A stretch of DNA of 39,986 nucleotides, from positions 1 through 39,986 of IMG/VR virus record IMGVR_UViG_3300035227_000053, one strand, 5' to 3'. The position numbers and the translations under genes were made by a program. The DNA comes from a virus (taxonomy: Duplodnaviria; Caudoviricetes). Each line of letters begins with the position of its first letter. Position 1 is the stretch's first letter. The notes below the pieces were generated by a model that had not been told where the DNA came from, did no database searches, and saw only the letters and a list, made by a program, of their open reading frames with translations. This document shows, one piece after another, positions 17,598 to 26,584 of the stretch.

Positions 17598-18053
17598 TTA
17601 TATATTTTCGCTAAATTTAAAGTATGTATTAGTCTTTACTGTACTTGTATCAACACTTTCAGGATTAATAACTGCTGTTTCATCTAAAGTTATATGAATA
17701 GGCATTGTATCAAAGTCTTGTTTTAGAAAATAAACATCATCATTGTCTTTTTTCCAAGCATCTGCTGTTTCACTAGCAAATTTAAGAACCCATACGTTAT
17801 GTAAACCGGTAAAATTACTACCAAATTCATAGTCAGATAAATCTTTTGCAGTTAATATCGTAACACTGCTCAATACAGGTTGAGATCTTAAACTTACACT
17901 TTGAATAAAAGTATTTAAATTTTGAGCTTGAAAGAATCCGTTAGCGTTAACTTTAGGACTAACTATACCTGAATCGGTGATATCTATTAGTGTATAAACT
18001 GTATAAAAATCTGTTGACCCTGTTAAAACCTCTACCGGTCTACTAATACCCAT
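17598..18053 (-). CDS. hypothetical protein (likely structural)
   Basis: 151-aa ORF in the late cluster. Confidence 0.8.
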   Translation of the reverse strand: MGISRPVEVLTGSTDFYTVYTLIDITDSGIVSPKVNANGFFQAQNLNTFIQSVSLRSQPVLSSVTILTAKDLSDYEFGSNFTGLHNVWVLKFASETADAWKKDNDDVYFLKQDFDTMPIHITLDETAVINPESVDTSTVKTNTYFKFSENI

Positions 18054-18055
18054 AG

Positions 18056-18790
18056 TTACATACCAGTCATTTTACCAGCTGTATAACCTGCTGCGAAAGC
18101 CGCTGCTCCACGTACAATACGTTGCTTGATTGTTTTCTTTTCTTTTCCATCAATATTTAATCCACCATCTTCAGAATACTTTTTAAATGTTGGCATTAAA
18201 TCACTACGCCTAGCATTTATTCTATAATGTTTGTTTATTTGTGTGGCCGCTAGTTTTTGTTGCGTAGTACTTAGATTAGTCCAATCGCCAACTAACCTTC
18301 TTGCTGCTCTCAATTTTGGATCTTGAATGGCTAACTGTTTTTCTAGTTTATAAAAGAATGCTCTTGCTTGTCCTGGCATTACTTTTCCAGTTTCTAGTTG
18401 TTTTAAAAACTGTCTCATCTTAGGCTGATTTATTTTTATTTTAGCAAGTAATAACTTATCTGCTGGTGTACTGTCAACTAATCCTTCAGGTTTTACAAGT
18501 GCAAAAAGTGTTTGGTATACATCTGTACCACTTGGACTAGCTCTTCCAAACCCGCCATACATACCTGTTCTTCGTGCATATTTTTGTGCTTCTGGAGCAT
18601 ATTTATAATCATTTGCCATAGCATAAAGACTCATCAATCCTACAAATAAATGATCTGAGAGCTGTCTAACACCTGAACCTTGTAGCTGATGTTTTGTTTT
18701 AAACATACGAGCTTCACCTAGGGATTGCATAAATTCTAATCCCTTTTTATTGCTTTCTTCTGAATATTGTTTTACTATATCATTACTCAT
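18056..18790 (-). CDS. hypothetical protein
   Basis: 244 aa with a C-terminal GAAAFAAGY glycine-zipper-like tail. Confidence 0.8.
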   Translation of the reverse strand: MSNDIVKQYSEESNKKGLEFMQSLGEARMFKTKHQLQGSGVRQLSDHLFVGLMSLYAMANDYKYAPEAQKYARRTGMYGGFGRASPSGTDVYQTLFALVKPEGLVDSTPADKLLLAKIKINQPKMRQFLKQLETGKVMPGQARAFFYKLEKQLAIQDPKLRAARRLVGDWTNLSTTQQKLAATQINKHYRINARRSDLMPTFKKYSEDGGLNIDGKEKKTIKQRIVRGAAAFAAGYTAGKMTGM

Positions 18791-18984
18791 ATATTATTCT
18801 CTGTTACAATCTTTTTACATGTATTTGTTGCATACTTTTTAAACCATCTTGGAAAAAAAGCATGAATAAAAACTGCACATGCTGCCATTTCCATATGGAA
18901 AGCAATACTTACTGCATGTTTAAAGTGTTGCCAACGAGTCATTCCAGCTTCTTCTAAGTGCTGTTTACTCGAGTTACTAAACAT
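18787..18984 (-). CDS. small His-rich protein (DUF6356-like)
   Basis: HL...G.T..QH...A...IHAFFP.WF pattern. Confidence 0.65.
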   Translation of the reverse strand: MFSNSSKQHLEEAGMTRWQHFKHAVSIAFHMEMAACAVFIHAFFPRWFKKYATNTCKKIVTENNI

Positions 18985-18985
18985 T

Positions 18986-20182
18986 TTATCTTTCCTTTGC
19001 CATATTAGCCGCTGTAAAGCCGGCTCTATTAACTAATTTAACATCTTTGTCTACTACATACCCTTCGCCGCCTCTTTGGCCTGCTGTGTATGCTTCTATG
19101 TCTGCCTTCTGTGCATCCAATGCCTTAATAACTTCATTTTTTACTTTTTTAATTCCTTTGATAAAATTAAATGTTGCATTAAATCCATCTATATTACTAT
19201 TTATGTATTCTCCTAGACGTTGTTTCTTAGGTGCTGACAATTTACTATTATCAACCCATTGCATGAAATCTGAACCTAAGTTATCTAGCCCGCCTGTTTT
19301 AACTGATGAATTAATGTATGCATATAGTACTTTACCAAAGTCTGCCATTTTTAATTCAGGTGGTACATTAAACAATTTATCAATTGCTCCTGCATTTTTA
19401 CTTAGGTAATTTTCTAACTCGTCTACTGCTGGAATATCTACACCTGGTGATTTTGTTACCATTGCTGGTGGCATAATATAAGTTTGCCCACCTTGAAACT
19501 GGCTCATATCTACATTACTTTTTTGACCGTCTAGTCCAATGGATTGATGTACTACTACGCCAACATCGCTGTTTACTATTTTTTTACCAATGTCGCTTTC
19601 AGCATTTACTGCATATGTTGTAGTATTTGGCGTGAATGTTATTTTGTTATCTTTTACTTGAGGTTTTGTTAACCAAAGTAAGTCACCATGTACATACCCT
19701 CTAAAGCCTGTAGGTACAGTACTTTCTACTCTGTCCCATATATTTCTCATTTTACTTGCAAATTCTTTACGATCTGGATCTGGTTTTCCTGTACCTCTAC
19801 TCAATAGCATGTTTTCTAATGCATCACTACTAGTAACTTTCCCATCATATCCTTTTGCAGTAAATCCACTTTTGTCAGTGAGTACAAATACACCGTTTTC
19901 ATTTCGCCCAAAAATAACAGCTGGTGAGCCGTCCCATTTAATAGTGACTGAATTAGGTTGTTGTTCTACTTGGTGTAATGCGGCAATGGCTTTTTTAGCA
20001 CCTACACTGCCTGCCTGGCCGTCATCAAGGCCTAGAATAAGGTCTTCTAAATGCTGAATTCTAGCATTCTCATTTAGATTTTTTGCTGTTGGAGTATATA
20101 AACCTTTACCTTTTAGTCTAATATTTCGTAAAATTCTAGGTTTACGTTTTTTAGTTCCGGCTAAAATGTCTTCTATTTTCAT
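18986..20182 (-). CDS. ligase-fold nucleotidyltransferase-like protein (DUF6267-like)
   Basis: HLED...TIKWDGSPA (KxDG), YVHGDLL, GEGYV and VKLV resemble covalent nucleotidyltransferase motifs I, III, IV and V. Confidence 0.65.
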   Translation of the reverse strand: MKIEDILAGTKKRKPRILRNIRLKGKGLYTPTAKNLNENARIQHLEDLILGLDDGQAGSVGAKKAIAALHQVEQQPNSVTIKWDGSPAVIFGRNENGVFVLTDKSGFTAKGYDGKVTSSDALENMLLSRGTGKPDPDRKEFASKMRNIWDRVESTVPTGFRGYVHGDLLWLTKPQVKDNKITFTPNTTTYAVNAESDIGKKIVNSDVGVVVHQSIGLDGQKSNVDMSQFQGGQTYIMPPAMVTKSPGVDIPAVDELENYLSKNAGAIDKLFNVPPELKMADFGKVLYAYINSSVKTGGLDNLGSDFMQWVDNSKLSAPKKQRLGEYINSNIDGFNATFNFIKGIKKVKNEVIKALDAQKADIEAYTAGQRGGEGYVVDKDVKLVNRAGFTAANMAKER

Positions 20183-20427
20183 TTAGAGCCTCTAATTTTC
20201 TTAACACCGCGGTTAAATCTCTCTGGGTCTCTATTTTTTATACTTAACATGATACGTTTAGTTAGGTCCTGAGCGGTATCATCGTCATAATTAGATTCTA
20301 TCATTTCTAATATGTTAATAATACTACTAATAGCATTATTACCTTTACTTTCTAGTATTGCTGTTTTAGATTTAACAGGTGCTAAAGAATTAATTTCTTC
20401 TAATAAGCTACGAGTACGTTTTTTCAT
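20179..20427 (-). CDS. conserved phage hypothetical protein
   Basis: 82 aa, RSLLEEIN N-terminus; late promoter upstream. Confidence 0.8.
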   Translation of the reverse strand: MKKRTRSLLEEINSLAPVKSKTAILESKGNNAISSIINILEMIESNYDDDTAQDLTKRIMLSIKNRDPERFNRGVKKIRGSK

Positions 20428-20460
20428 GTCTATATCCCCAGGTAATAGTTACCTATATAG

Positions 20461-20468
20461 TATTTATC
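20461..20468 (-). promoter_or_regulatory. late-type promoter GATAAATA
   Basis: Located at the boundary between the helicase gene and the late cluster. Confidence 0.6.
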
Positions 20469-21877
20469 TAACTATTGCTTCTTTTGAGCATACTACGTAA
20501 TTTGTCATGCCCTTCAATGGTACTTTCAACAACACTATTTTCTGCAATATTCTTTTCTTGATGTGAAACTTTGTTTTTTGCCTTAATCTTTTCAAACATA
20601 GCACTAGAATTACTCATAGTATCGTGTTTCTCATCTTCGTCTAAGTCACTAATACGTAACCCTGCTATATCAAATTTAAGATCTACTTTATGCCCAACGC
20701 CACTGCTACTACGTGTTTTCATAAATTGTACTTGATAACGCCCACGTTCACGCATCGCTTGACTTGTAAAGATACCAATTACATTATCTGCTGTTTGTAC
20801 TTTACTTAAACCACCTGCAATGTGCGAATGATCGTATTCTACTTCTTCTACTGCACCTCTATTTAACTGTGATGCTGTTGCAAACAATATATCATGTTCT
20901 ACTGCAAAATTACGCATTTCTTCTGATACAAACTTATCTTTAATATATAAATCACTTGGATTAACTTTACTTTGTGCTGGCATCATAAGATCTAAGTAGT
21001 CAATACACATTGCATCAACTTTAACATCATTTTTAACTTCGTATTCACGCAAATAACTAGTAATGTTATTAATTGTAATACCGTTTGGAAGTTGTACAAT
21101 TTGTAGTTTGCCTGCTTTCTTGCCTTTCATACGTACTTTTAAATCTACATCATCTGCATTTTTAAATACTGTACGAGTATCATATCCAGTAATCATGCTG
21201 TCTAATCGCATACTAGATAATTCTTCACTAAGTTCCAAAGTAATGTATACAACATTTAATCCTGCAACCGACCAATTAAGTGCTAAATTCTGCAAGAACA
21301 AACTCTTACCACCACCCGATGGTGCAGCAAATATGTTTAGTTCGCCTCTATTAAATCCACCAAAAAGTTTTTTATCAATATCTTTCCAACCTGTGCTTAC
21401 ACCACCACGCAAATTACGAACACGTTCAATACGCTCTGCTGGTGATTCCCAATAGTCAGTACCCATATGTTTAGCCAGTCCAATTTGAACTGCTTCTTTG
21501 ATTCTTCGTTCAACTGGGCCATACTCACCTCGTTCTAGCATGTCTGCACTTGCTAAAATTGCTGCTTCTAATGCTTTATGTTTACAAAATGTTTCAAATT
21601 CATCAATAAACCATTTATGATGTCTATCATCTACATCTTTAAGTTCTTGTAACTCGAGCCCTGTTGCCGCTAGAATTTGCTCACGTGTAGGCAATGCACT
21701 ATACCCAGTAACATGTTCTTGTATAAATGCTACTCCTTTACGTAATTCTCTATCAAAATATAATGGATCTATAATTCCATTAACTCTAGCGAATAGATCT
21801 TTATCTTGTGCTAGAAATTCAACAAACAATCGTTGTAAGTCTACATTATACTCTTTCGCTTGTGACTGTTCTCTCAT
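20468..21877 (-). CDS. replicative DnaB-family helicase (T4 gp41-like)
   Basis: Walker A APSGGGKS; ITLELSE, IDYLDLM, TASQLNR and MKTR motifs. Confidence 0.95.
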   Translation of the reverse strand: MREQSQAKEYNVDLQRLFVEFLAQDKDLFARVNGIIDPLYFDRELRKGVAFIQEHVTGYSALPTREQILAATGLELQELKDVDDRHHKWFIDEFETFCKHKALEAAILASADMLERGEYGPVERRIKEAVQIGLAKHMGTDYWESPAERIERVRNLRGGVSTGWKDIDKKLFGGFNRGELNIFAAPSGGGKSLFLQNLALNWSVAGLNVVYITLELSEELSSMRLDSMITGYDTRTVFKNADDVDLKVRMKGKKAGKLQIVQLPNGITINNITSYLREYEVKNDVKVDAMCIDYLDLMMPAQSKVNPSDLYIKDKFVSEEMRNFAVEHDILFATASQLNRGAVEEVEYDHSHIAGGLSKVQTADNVIGIFTSQAMRERGRYQVQFMKTRSSSGVGHKVDLKFDIAGLRISDLDEDEKHDTMSNSSAMFEKIKAKNKVSHQEKNIAENSVVESTIEGHDKLRSMLKRSNS

Positions 21878-22887
21878 TTACAATATTTCCTCATTAATAA
21901 TTCAATTTTTGTTGGATTAGTTTCAGCACTATTTATTATACTCTTTATTGTATACAATCTTCCGTGTTTTGTCAAGGAATCACTTGCATCTTTACAATCT
22001 TTCCATTCTGGAAAAGAAACACTCCAACCGTGCTTTATTGCCGCCTTACACATTAACTTACCTGCTTCATCTGCGTCTGGTAATACAATAATTCGTTTGT
22101 TCAAACTGTGCAATATATCTGCTTGGTCATCATTTATGTTATTACTGCCTATTGCACATCCATCTGTTACTATTGCATCAAGTTGTCCTTCAGATACAAT
22201 AACAACTTCTTTATTGTGTGTTTGTCTATCTAAACCATACACAAAATCATTCTTAGGTTGCTGATTATAGTATTTAGGCATTTTTGCAGGAATATTGTCT
22301 CCTGCCCATCTTGCTGTATAACCAACTACTTTACTTTTATATGTAAACGGCAAAATAAATCTTTTGTTAACTCTACCTTGTTTTTTACTAGGGCTCCACA
22401 TAAACCTATCATCAGTAATATCAAATCCACGATCAGTTAAGTATGTTACCGCGGCTGTCCAATCAGCGTCTGGTTCAGTGAACTCCATAAATGGCTTGGC
22501 ATCTTCTGGTAGTTCTTTTTCGTCCCAATCAATAACTAAATTTTTACGCCTTTTAGTTTTTATTAATAAGGTTGCTACATCTTGTTCACGTAACAATTCA
22601 AGTTGTATACGTTGTATATCAGCTTCATCGGCACCTAATGTTGTTAATAGTTGCTTTAATCTTACTGATATTCTACTTTGTGGACTCCAACCTGTTTTAA
22701 AGTTACAATTAAAACAATTATACTGAAACTTTCCTTCATCAAAATGAAATCCGCCTCTGCCTTTTGTATCTGGTCTACTTTGCCCATTCCTTACACACAT
22801 TGGACAGTTACCACTAATCCAACCACTAGGATTAGATCGCCAGTTAGTAGGAACCAGGGCTCTGACGTAATCATTCATTAAAGTCAT
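21874..22887 (-). CDS. DNA primase (T4 gp61-like)
   Basis: CPMC...YNCFNC Zn finger; TOPRIM SEGQLDA and PDADEAG. Confidence 0.92.
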   Translation of the reverse strand: MTLMNDYVRALVPTNWRSNPSGWISGNCPMCVRNGQSRPDTKGRGGFHFDEGKFQYNCFNCNFKTGWSPQSRISVRLKQLLTTLGADEADIQRIQLELLREQDVATLLIKTKRRKNLVIDWDEKELPEDAKPFMEFTEPDADWTAAVTYLTDRGFDITDDRFMWSPSKKQGRVNKRFILPFTYKSKVVGYTARWAGDNIPAKMPKYYNQQPKNDFVYGLDRQTHNKEVVIVSEGQLDAIVTDGCAIGSNNINDDQADILHSLNKRIIVLPDADEAGKLMCKAAIKHGWSVSFPEWKDCKDASDSLTKHGRLYTIKSIINSAETNPTKIELLMRKYCK

Positions 22888-22893
22888 AGTGTT

Positions 22894-22922
22894 ATATTAC
22901 ACTCTAACTACGATTTTGTCAA
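22894..22922 (-). promoter_or_regulatory. sigma70-like promoter (probably leaderless transcript)
   Basis: TTGACA-N17-TAATAT ending 6 nt before the primase ATG. Confidence 0.65.
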
Positions 22923-23730
22923 GTGTTCCTGTAGGTTGTGTATGTTTTGTTCTGATATAATTTACGTTTGTACGGAATGTCCAAGGATCTATTCCTGTGT
23001 GAGCAATATATGGGTAAAATGGGTCTGTGTATGAACCTAAAGTAATATTAAACCAATCGCCTTCTGTAGGATTTTCACTTAACGCACCTTCTACATAGAA
23101 GTTTCCAGTATATCCTGTTCCATATACTGCTAATGTAACTAATCCATTTGGTTTATTAAAATATCCTGTTGCTTTTAAGGCACTGCTATAATAATATGTT
23201 ACTGTGTTTATTACTTTTGTAGTAAACGTATCATTGATCTGTGTAGTGAGTGGTAACGCATCGCCTTCTTCAGAACATTCAACTGTAAAGTTAGGTCGCA
23301 TATTTACATCACAATACAATGGTAATACTAGCCCTACATCATTTGTATAACTAAACACAAGATCATATAACCCTTGAGAAAATAATGAACTTTCTCCAAC
23401 AGTTAATATAACCTTAATACTGCCTTGATCGTAATCTGTTATAATTGCTTTTTTACTTACTACTGTTGATCTATCTGTTCTATCAATGAAAGATGCATTT
23501 ACTGAAACACCTTGTAACATTATTGGTTTTCTATCTTGATTCTTTACAAAAAAGAAAAACTGAGAATCAAATCCACGAAATAGTTTTAAAAATCTGTAAT
23601 TTAATGGACTATTTACTGATGTACCTTTAGAACTAGCATATTTGCCTAATCCTGGTGCTGACCCGTGATCTTGTAATGTAAAAAGATCGCCTTCTTGGTT
23701 AATATTATATGTTGATCCGTAATTTGCCAT
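22897..23730 (-). CDS. putative structural protein with Ig-like (BppU-like) domain
   Basis: Beta-rich sequence (GSIKVILT..ES..F..GLYDLVF); late promoter upstream. Confidence 0.55.
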   Translation of the reverse strand: MANYGSTYNINQEGDLFTLQDHGSAPGLGKYASSKGTSVNSPLNYRFLKLFRGFDSQFFFFVKNQDRKPIMLQGVSVNASFIDRTDRSTVVSKKAIITDYDQGSIKVILTVGESSLFSQGLYDLVFSYTNDVGLVLPLYCDVNMRPNFTVECSEEGDALPLTTQINDTFTTKVINTVTYYYSSALKATGYFNKPNGLVTLAVYGTGYTGNFYVEGALSENPTEGDWFNITLGSYTDPFYPYIAHTGIDPWTFRTNVNYIRTKHTQPTGTLDKIVVRV

Positions 23731-23749
23731 GCTTTAGACTCCTGTAAAG

Positions 23750-23787
23750 TATTTATCAAAATTTGTCAAATTTTTTTAGGCTAAATA
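23750..23787. promoter_or_regulatory. divergent late-type promoters
   Basis: GATAAATA on minus (23750-23757) and GCTAAATA on plus (23780-23787). Confidence 0.5.
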
Positions 23788-23793
23788 GAAGTA

Positions 23794-24165
23794 ATGCAAA
23801 CTAAACACCAGAAACTTTTAGATGAGTATCCATTTTTAACCGTTATCGAATATGCAGGCAAAGAATATCTTGGCGTAGTCCAAAACATAGATAGTCACGT
23901 GGCCAGCATATATATTTACGAGCGCCTAAAGGATAAAGCAGAACGAATTAGATTTTTAAAACTTGGCGACGAATGGTGGTGGGAAACAAATAGGAAACTA
24001 CCTATAAACATTGCATTACTTAATAGATGGAATTTCCAACACTGCATTATGAGTTATAATGTTAAACAAATGGAAATAGTAGCAGGACCAGAAGTAAGAT
24101 TAAGTGACAGCATCACTAAACGTATCAAACGTAGAAGTATTAACCTTGTAAAGAAAAGCCCTTAG
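23794..24165 (+). CDS. hypothetical protein; the only convincing plus-strand gene
   Basis: Fills an otherwise empty gap; natural composition (YPFLT...EYLGVVQN...WWWETNRKLPINI). Confidence 0.85.
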   Translation: MQTKHQKLLDEYPFLTVIEYAGKEYLGVVQNIDSHVASIYIYERLKDKAERIRFLKLGDEWWWETNRKLPINIALLNRWNFQHCIMSYNVKQMEIVAGPEVRLSDSITKRIKRRSINLVKKSP

Positions 24166-24724
24166 CCAGCATATTTAATTGCAACACTATAGCCATTGCG
24201 TAAGCGTGGCCATGTGCCTTCTTGAAGTAGTAACTTTCATTAGTAGGTTTAACCCATACATCTTTATTAATAGTATCCCAGTCTTTTCCTATTAAATATC
24301 TTTTAGCAGGTCTTATCACGGCTAATACGGCTGCTAGTTGTGATACACTTGTTGGCTTCATTTGACTTACAATTCCAAAGTGTTTATGAATGTGAAAACA
24401 TTGTTCAACTACTTCTTTGTGTTCTAACAACTCCCACATTGGGTCTTTATCAAGCAAATCTACTAATTGTTTCTTAGTTTTAATATGTTTGTATAAACTA
24501 ACATTAAGAACATCAATTTTAAAATAACCTATTTCTTCTGCTTCTTTATAATCAACTGTACTAAGACCAGTAAATGGATTACTAGGAATATCATGAAAGT
24601 AAACACCAGTATTATGTTTCACTTGTTTTTTATCTCTAGCAATCATTGCCGGTGTGCCTTTAATTATTTTCAATAACTTATCTCTATTTGCTGTATCTAT
24701 ATCAATGTCTGTGTTTACTATCAT
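24140..24724 (-). CDS. miniature family C DNA polymerase (DnaE/Pol III alpha catalytic core-like), 194 aa
   Basis: TDIDID, KHNTGVY, GYFKIDVL, LAVIRP and YYFKKAHGHAY in DnaE order. Start at MIVNT via ATGA overlap. Confidence 0.85.
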   Translation of the reverse strand: MIVNTDIDIDTANRDKLLKIIKGTPAMIARDKKQVKHNTGVYFHDIPSNPFTGLSTVDYKEAEEIGYFKIDVLNVSLYKHIKTKKQLVDLLDKDPMWELLEHKEVVEQCFHIHKHFGIVSQMKPTSVSQLAAVLAVIRPAKRYLIGKDWDTINKDVWVKPTNESYYFKKAHGHAYAMAIVLQLNMLAKGFSLQG

Positions 24725-25392
24725 ATTCCTGCCTGCTCCAATATTCTTTCTACCCATTTACTATCTTGTGGATTTACACTCATTGTGCGTTGCCAATAGC
24801 CTGTTTCTAGATAATCAGTTATCATTTTTAACTGTTCATCATTTAGGCTATCAATTAACCTTTGTGCTTCTTTACTATTAAATAAAACCCATGGTGATAT
24901 TTTTCCACTACATATATGAAACACTGCTAAATTAGTTGGTATATCATTAAAATACTGACTGTAGTGCGTATTATTTTCTTCTGCCCATTCTTGTAAAAAT
25001 ATAATTGTACGTTCTACACCCCTATCAACAGATTCTGTCTTTAAACGATCTTTCATCCAATTTGCAAATTGGCTATCCTTGCCCCAATTATCAAGTTTTA
25101 TTTGATTTCTTATAAGCCAGGTTGCATACCCAGGTACATCATCAATGCCAATATCACGACAATAATAGCCAAATTTACAAAAACTAATGTAATATTGACT
25201 CTTTGCAAATTCTTCATATGTTTTATCATTTTTTGTATTTGTTCCTATTTTGTAAAATAATTGATATGCTCTAAAACCAAGTTGTACATTTTTATCACCT
25301 TTTTGCACAATCCTGCGTTTCTGCTCACACATATGGACAGCTAATGTGCTTTCTCTTTTAAAAATTTTTGAGCAGTAATCACATTTATACAT
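24721..25392 (-). CDS. Zn-finger (C2H2/C2HC-like) protein in the replication operon
   Basis: YKCDYCSKIFKRESTLAVHMC at the N-terminus. Confidence 0.75.
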   Translation of the reverse strand: MYKCDYCSKIFKRESTLAVHMCEQKRRIVQKGDKNVQLGFRAYQLFYKIGTNTKNDKTYEEFAKSQYYISFCKFGYYCRDIGIDDVPGYATWLIRNQIKLDNWGKDSQFANWMKDRLKTESVDRGVERTIIFLQEWAEENNTHYSQYFNDIPTNLAVFHICSGKISPWVLFNSKEAQRLIDSLNDEQLKMITDYLETGYWQRTMSVNPQDSKWVERILEQAGI

Positions 25393-25393
25393 T

Positions 25394-25852
25394 TTATTTC
25401 TTCAACAACTCTTTTATTTCTTTCTTATTCATTCCATGTTCTTCAAACAATTCAATAAAATCATATTTTGTTTTAGTACTAACAAAGATCTCAACTTCGT
25501 CATCATTTAAATGACTGTAATTCTCTATGACCCACTTTTGTACCTTACTTTGTTTCATTGACTTGCCGGGTGCTATCCAAGGATGGAAAGTAGTTTTTCC
25601 TAATCCAACTAACTGCATCAATTGAAACTGTAACTGTGGGTGCTTACGTAACTTATTAAAGTGTACATTAACAACTTCGTTAGTCCATTCTAAATAATGC
25701 TTAGTAAAATGTTTATCACCTGCACTACTAGTATAACGCATAAGTAGCCAAATACCAAGTTTTTTCTTTTCTTCAGCAGTAAGGCTATCATACCAGCCTC
25801 TATCTTTAGTATCAATCGCTCTCATCTCTTCTTTGATGCTTAGTTTGCTCAT
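25394..25852 (-). CDS. clamp loader small subunit (T4 gp62-like)
   Basis: LLMRYTSS...NEVVN...HPQLQFQLM...FHPWI pattern and size match gp62-like proteins. Confidence 0.65.
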   Translation of the reverse strand: MSKLSIKEEMRAIDTKDRGWYDSLTAEEKKKLGIWLLMRYTSSAGDKHFTKHYLEWTNEVVNVHFNKLRKHPQLQFQLMQLVGLGKTTFHPWIAPGKSMKQSKVQKWVIENYSHLNDDEVEIFVSTKTKYDFIELFEEHGMNKKEIKELLKK

Positions 25853-26067
25853 AATATAACGACTTCCCCGTCAGTCTCGATCCAAACCTTTGCTCCACAT
25901 GATAGTGGCTTGTCTGGTCTATATACAACTCTAGAAGGACCTTTAATAATGACTTCGTGACCGTAAATGTTTTCTTTATACGTTTTGCAAGTAAGGACCG
26001 GTTCTCTTTCGCCCGTTTTAGCATTTCTTTTAATAATATGTTGGTTGACATGTATTTTAGTTTTCAT
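25849..26067 (-). CDS. conserved phage hypothetical protein
   Basis: IHVNQH.I..N...KPLSCGAKVWIET motif. Confidence 0.8.
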   Translation of the reverse strand: MKTKIHVNQHIIKRNAKTGEREPVLTCKTYKENIYGHEVIIKGPSRVVYRPDKPLSCGAKVWIETDGEVVIL

Positions 26068-26073
26068 CTTTCT

Positions 26074-26574
26074 CTACCATAATTCACTAATATCAAGTAC
26101 CTCTGGTAACTTATTAGCTTCTTTAACAAATAGTACACAAGGCGGGTTATCACCACTATGTAACGGAACATTTAACAAATGTCCAAATTTTAATTTAGGT
26201 GCATACCATTTTACATCTGTGTATATATTAGTTATATTAACATCTAAATACTTAGGTGTCCACCCGGTTAGTGGATTAAAAGCAAATACACTAAAACCTC
26301 TATCATTTAAACTCATTAAACTTATTACTTCTGGGTCACCTACGTCTGGATCGCAAATAACCACGCTCCAATCTAATGGCATAGTAATTGAGTGTTGTCC
26401 TATTTGTATTACTGCTGCTGGTGCATAAAAACTTTCTAAAAATACTAATGGAATAAAGTAATAATCAATATGTCCTGGATTACTATAATCCAATATACTA
26501 TATCGCAAATCTTCTATTGTATCAGGTATGTCATCGAGCTCATATGTTTTATTTTCAACTGTTAATATTCTCAT
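26074..26574 (-). CDS. hypothetical beta-rich protein
   Basis: 166-aa ORF with SD AAGGA, directly after uvsW. Confidence 0.8.
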   Translation of the reverse strand: MRILTVENKTYELDDIPDTIEDLRYSILDYSNPGHIDYYFIPLVFLESFYAPAAVIQIGQHSITMPLDWSVVICDPDVGDPEVISLMSLNDRGFSVFAFNPLTGWTPKYLDVNITNIYTDVKWYAPKLKFGHLLNVPLHSGDNPPCVLFVKEANKLPEVLDISELW

Positions 26575-26584
26575 ATTATTTTCC

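Noticed and set aside
24725-24757. Longer ORF-track starts for mini-PolC, subtilase (3905), bL31 (38076) and terL (39660)
   Set aside because: Downstream starts fit better: coupled overlaps for mini-PolC, subtilase and terL; SD sequences for bL31 and terL; and the family N-terminus for bL31.
25812-26051. Alternative-frame same-strand ORFs (also 1170..1352, 10956..11183, 11550..11807, 29521..29706, 34758..34997, 36030..36224)
   Set aside because: They largely overlap stronger genes and show no motifs or frameshift signals.
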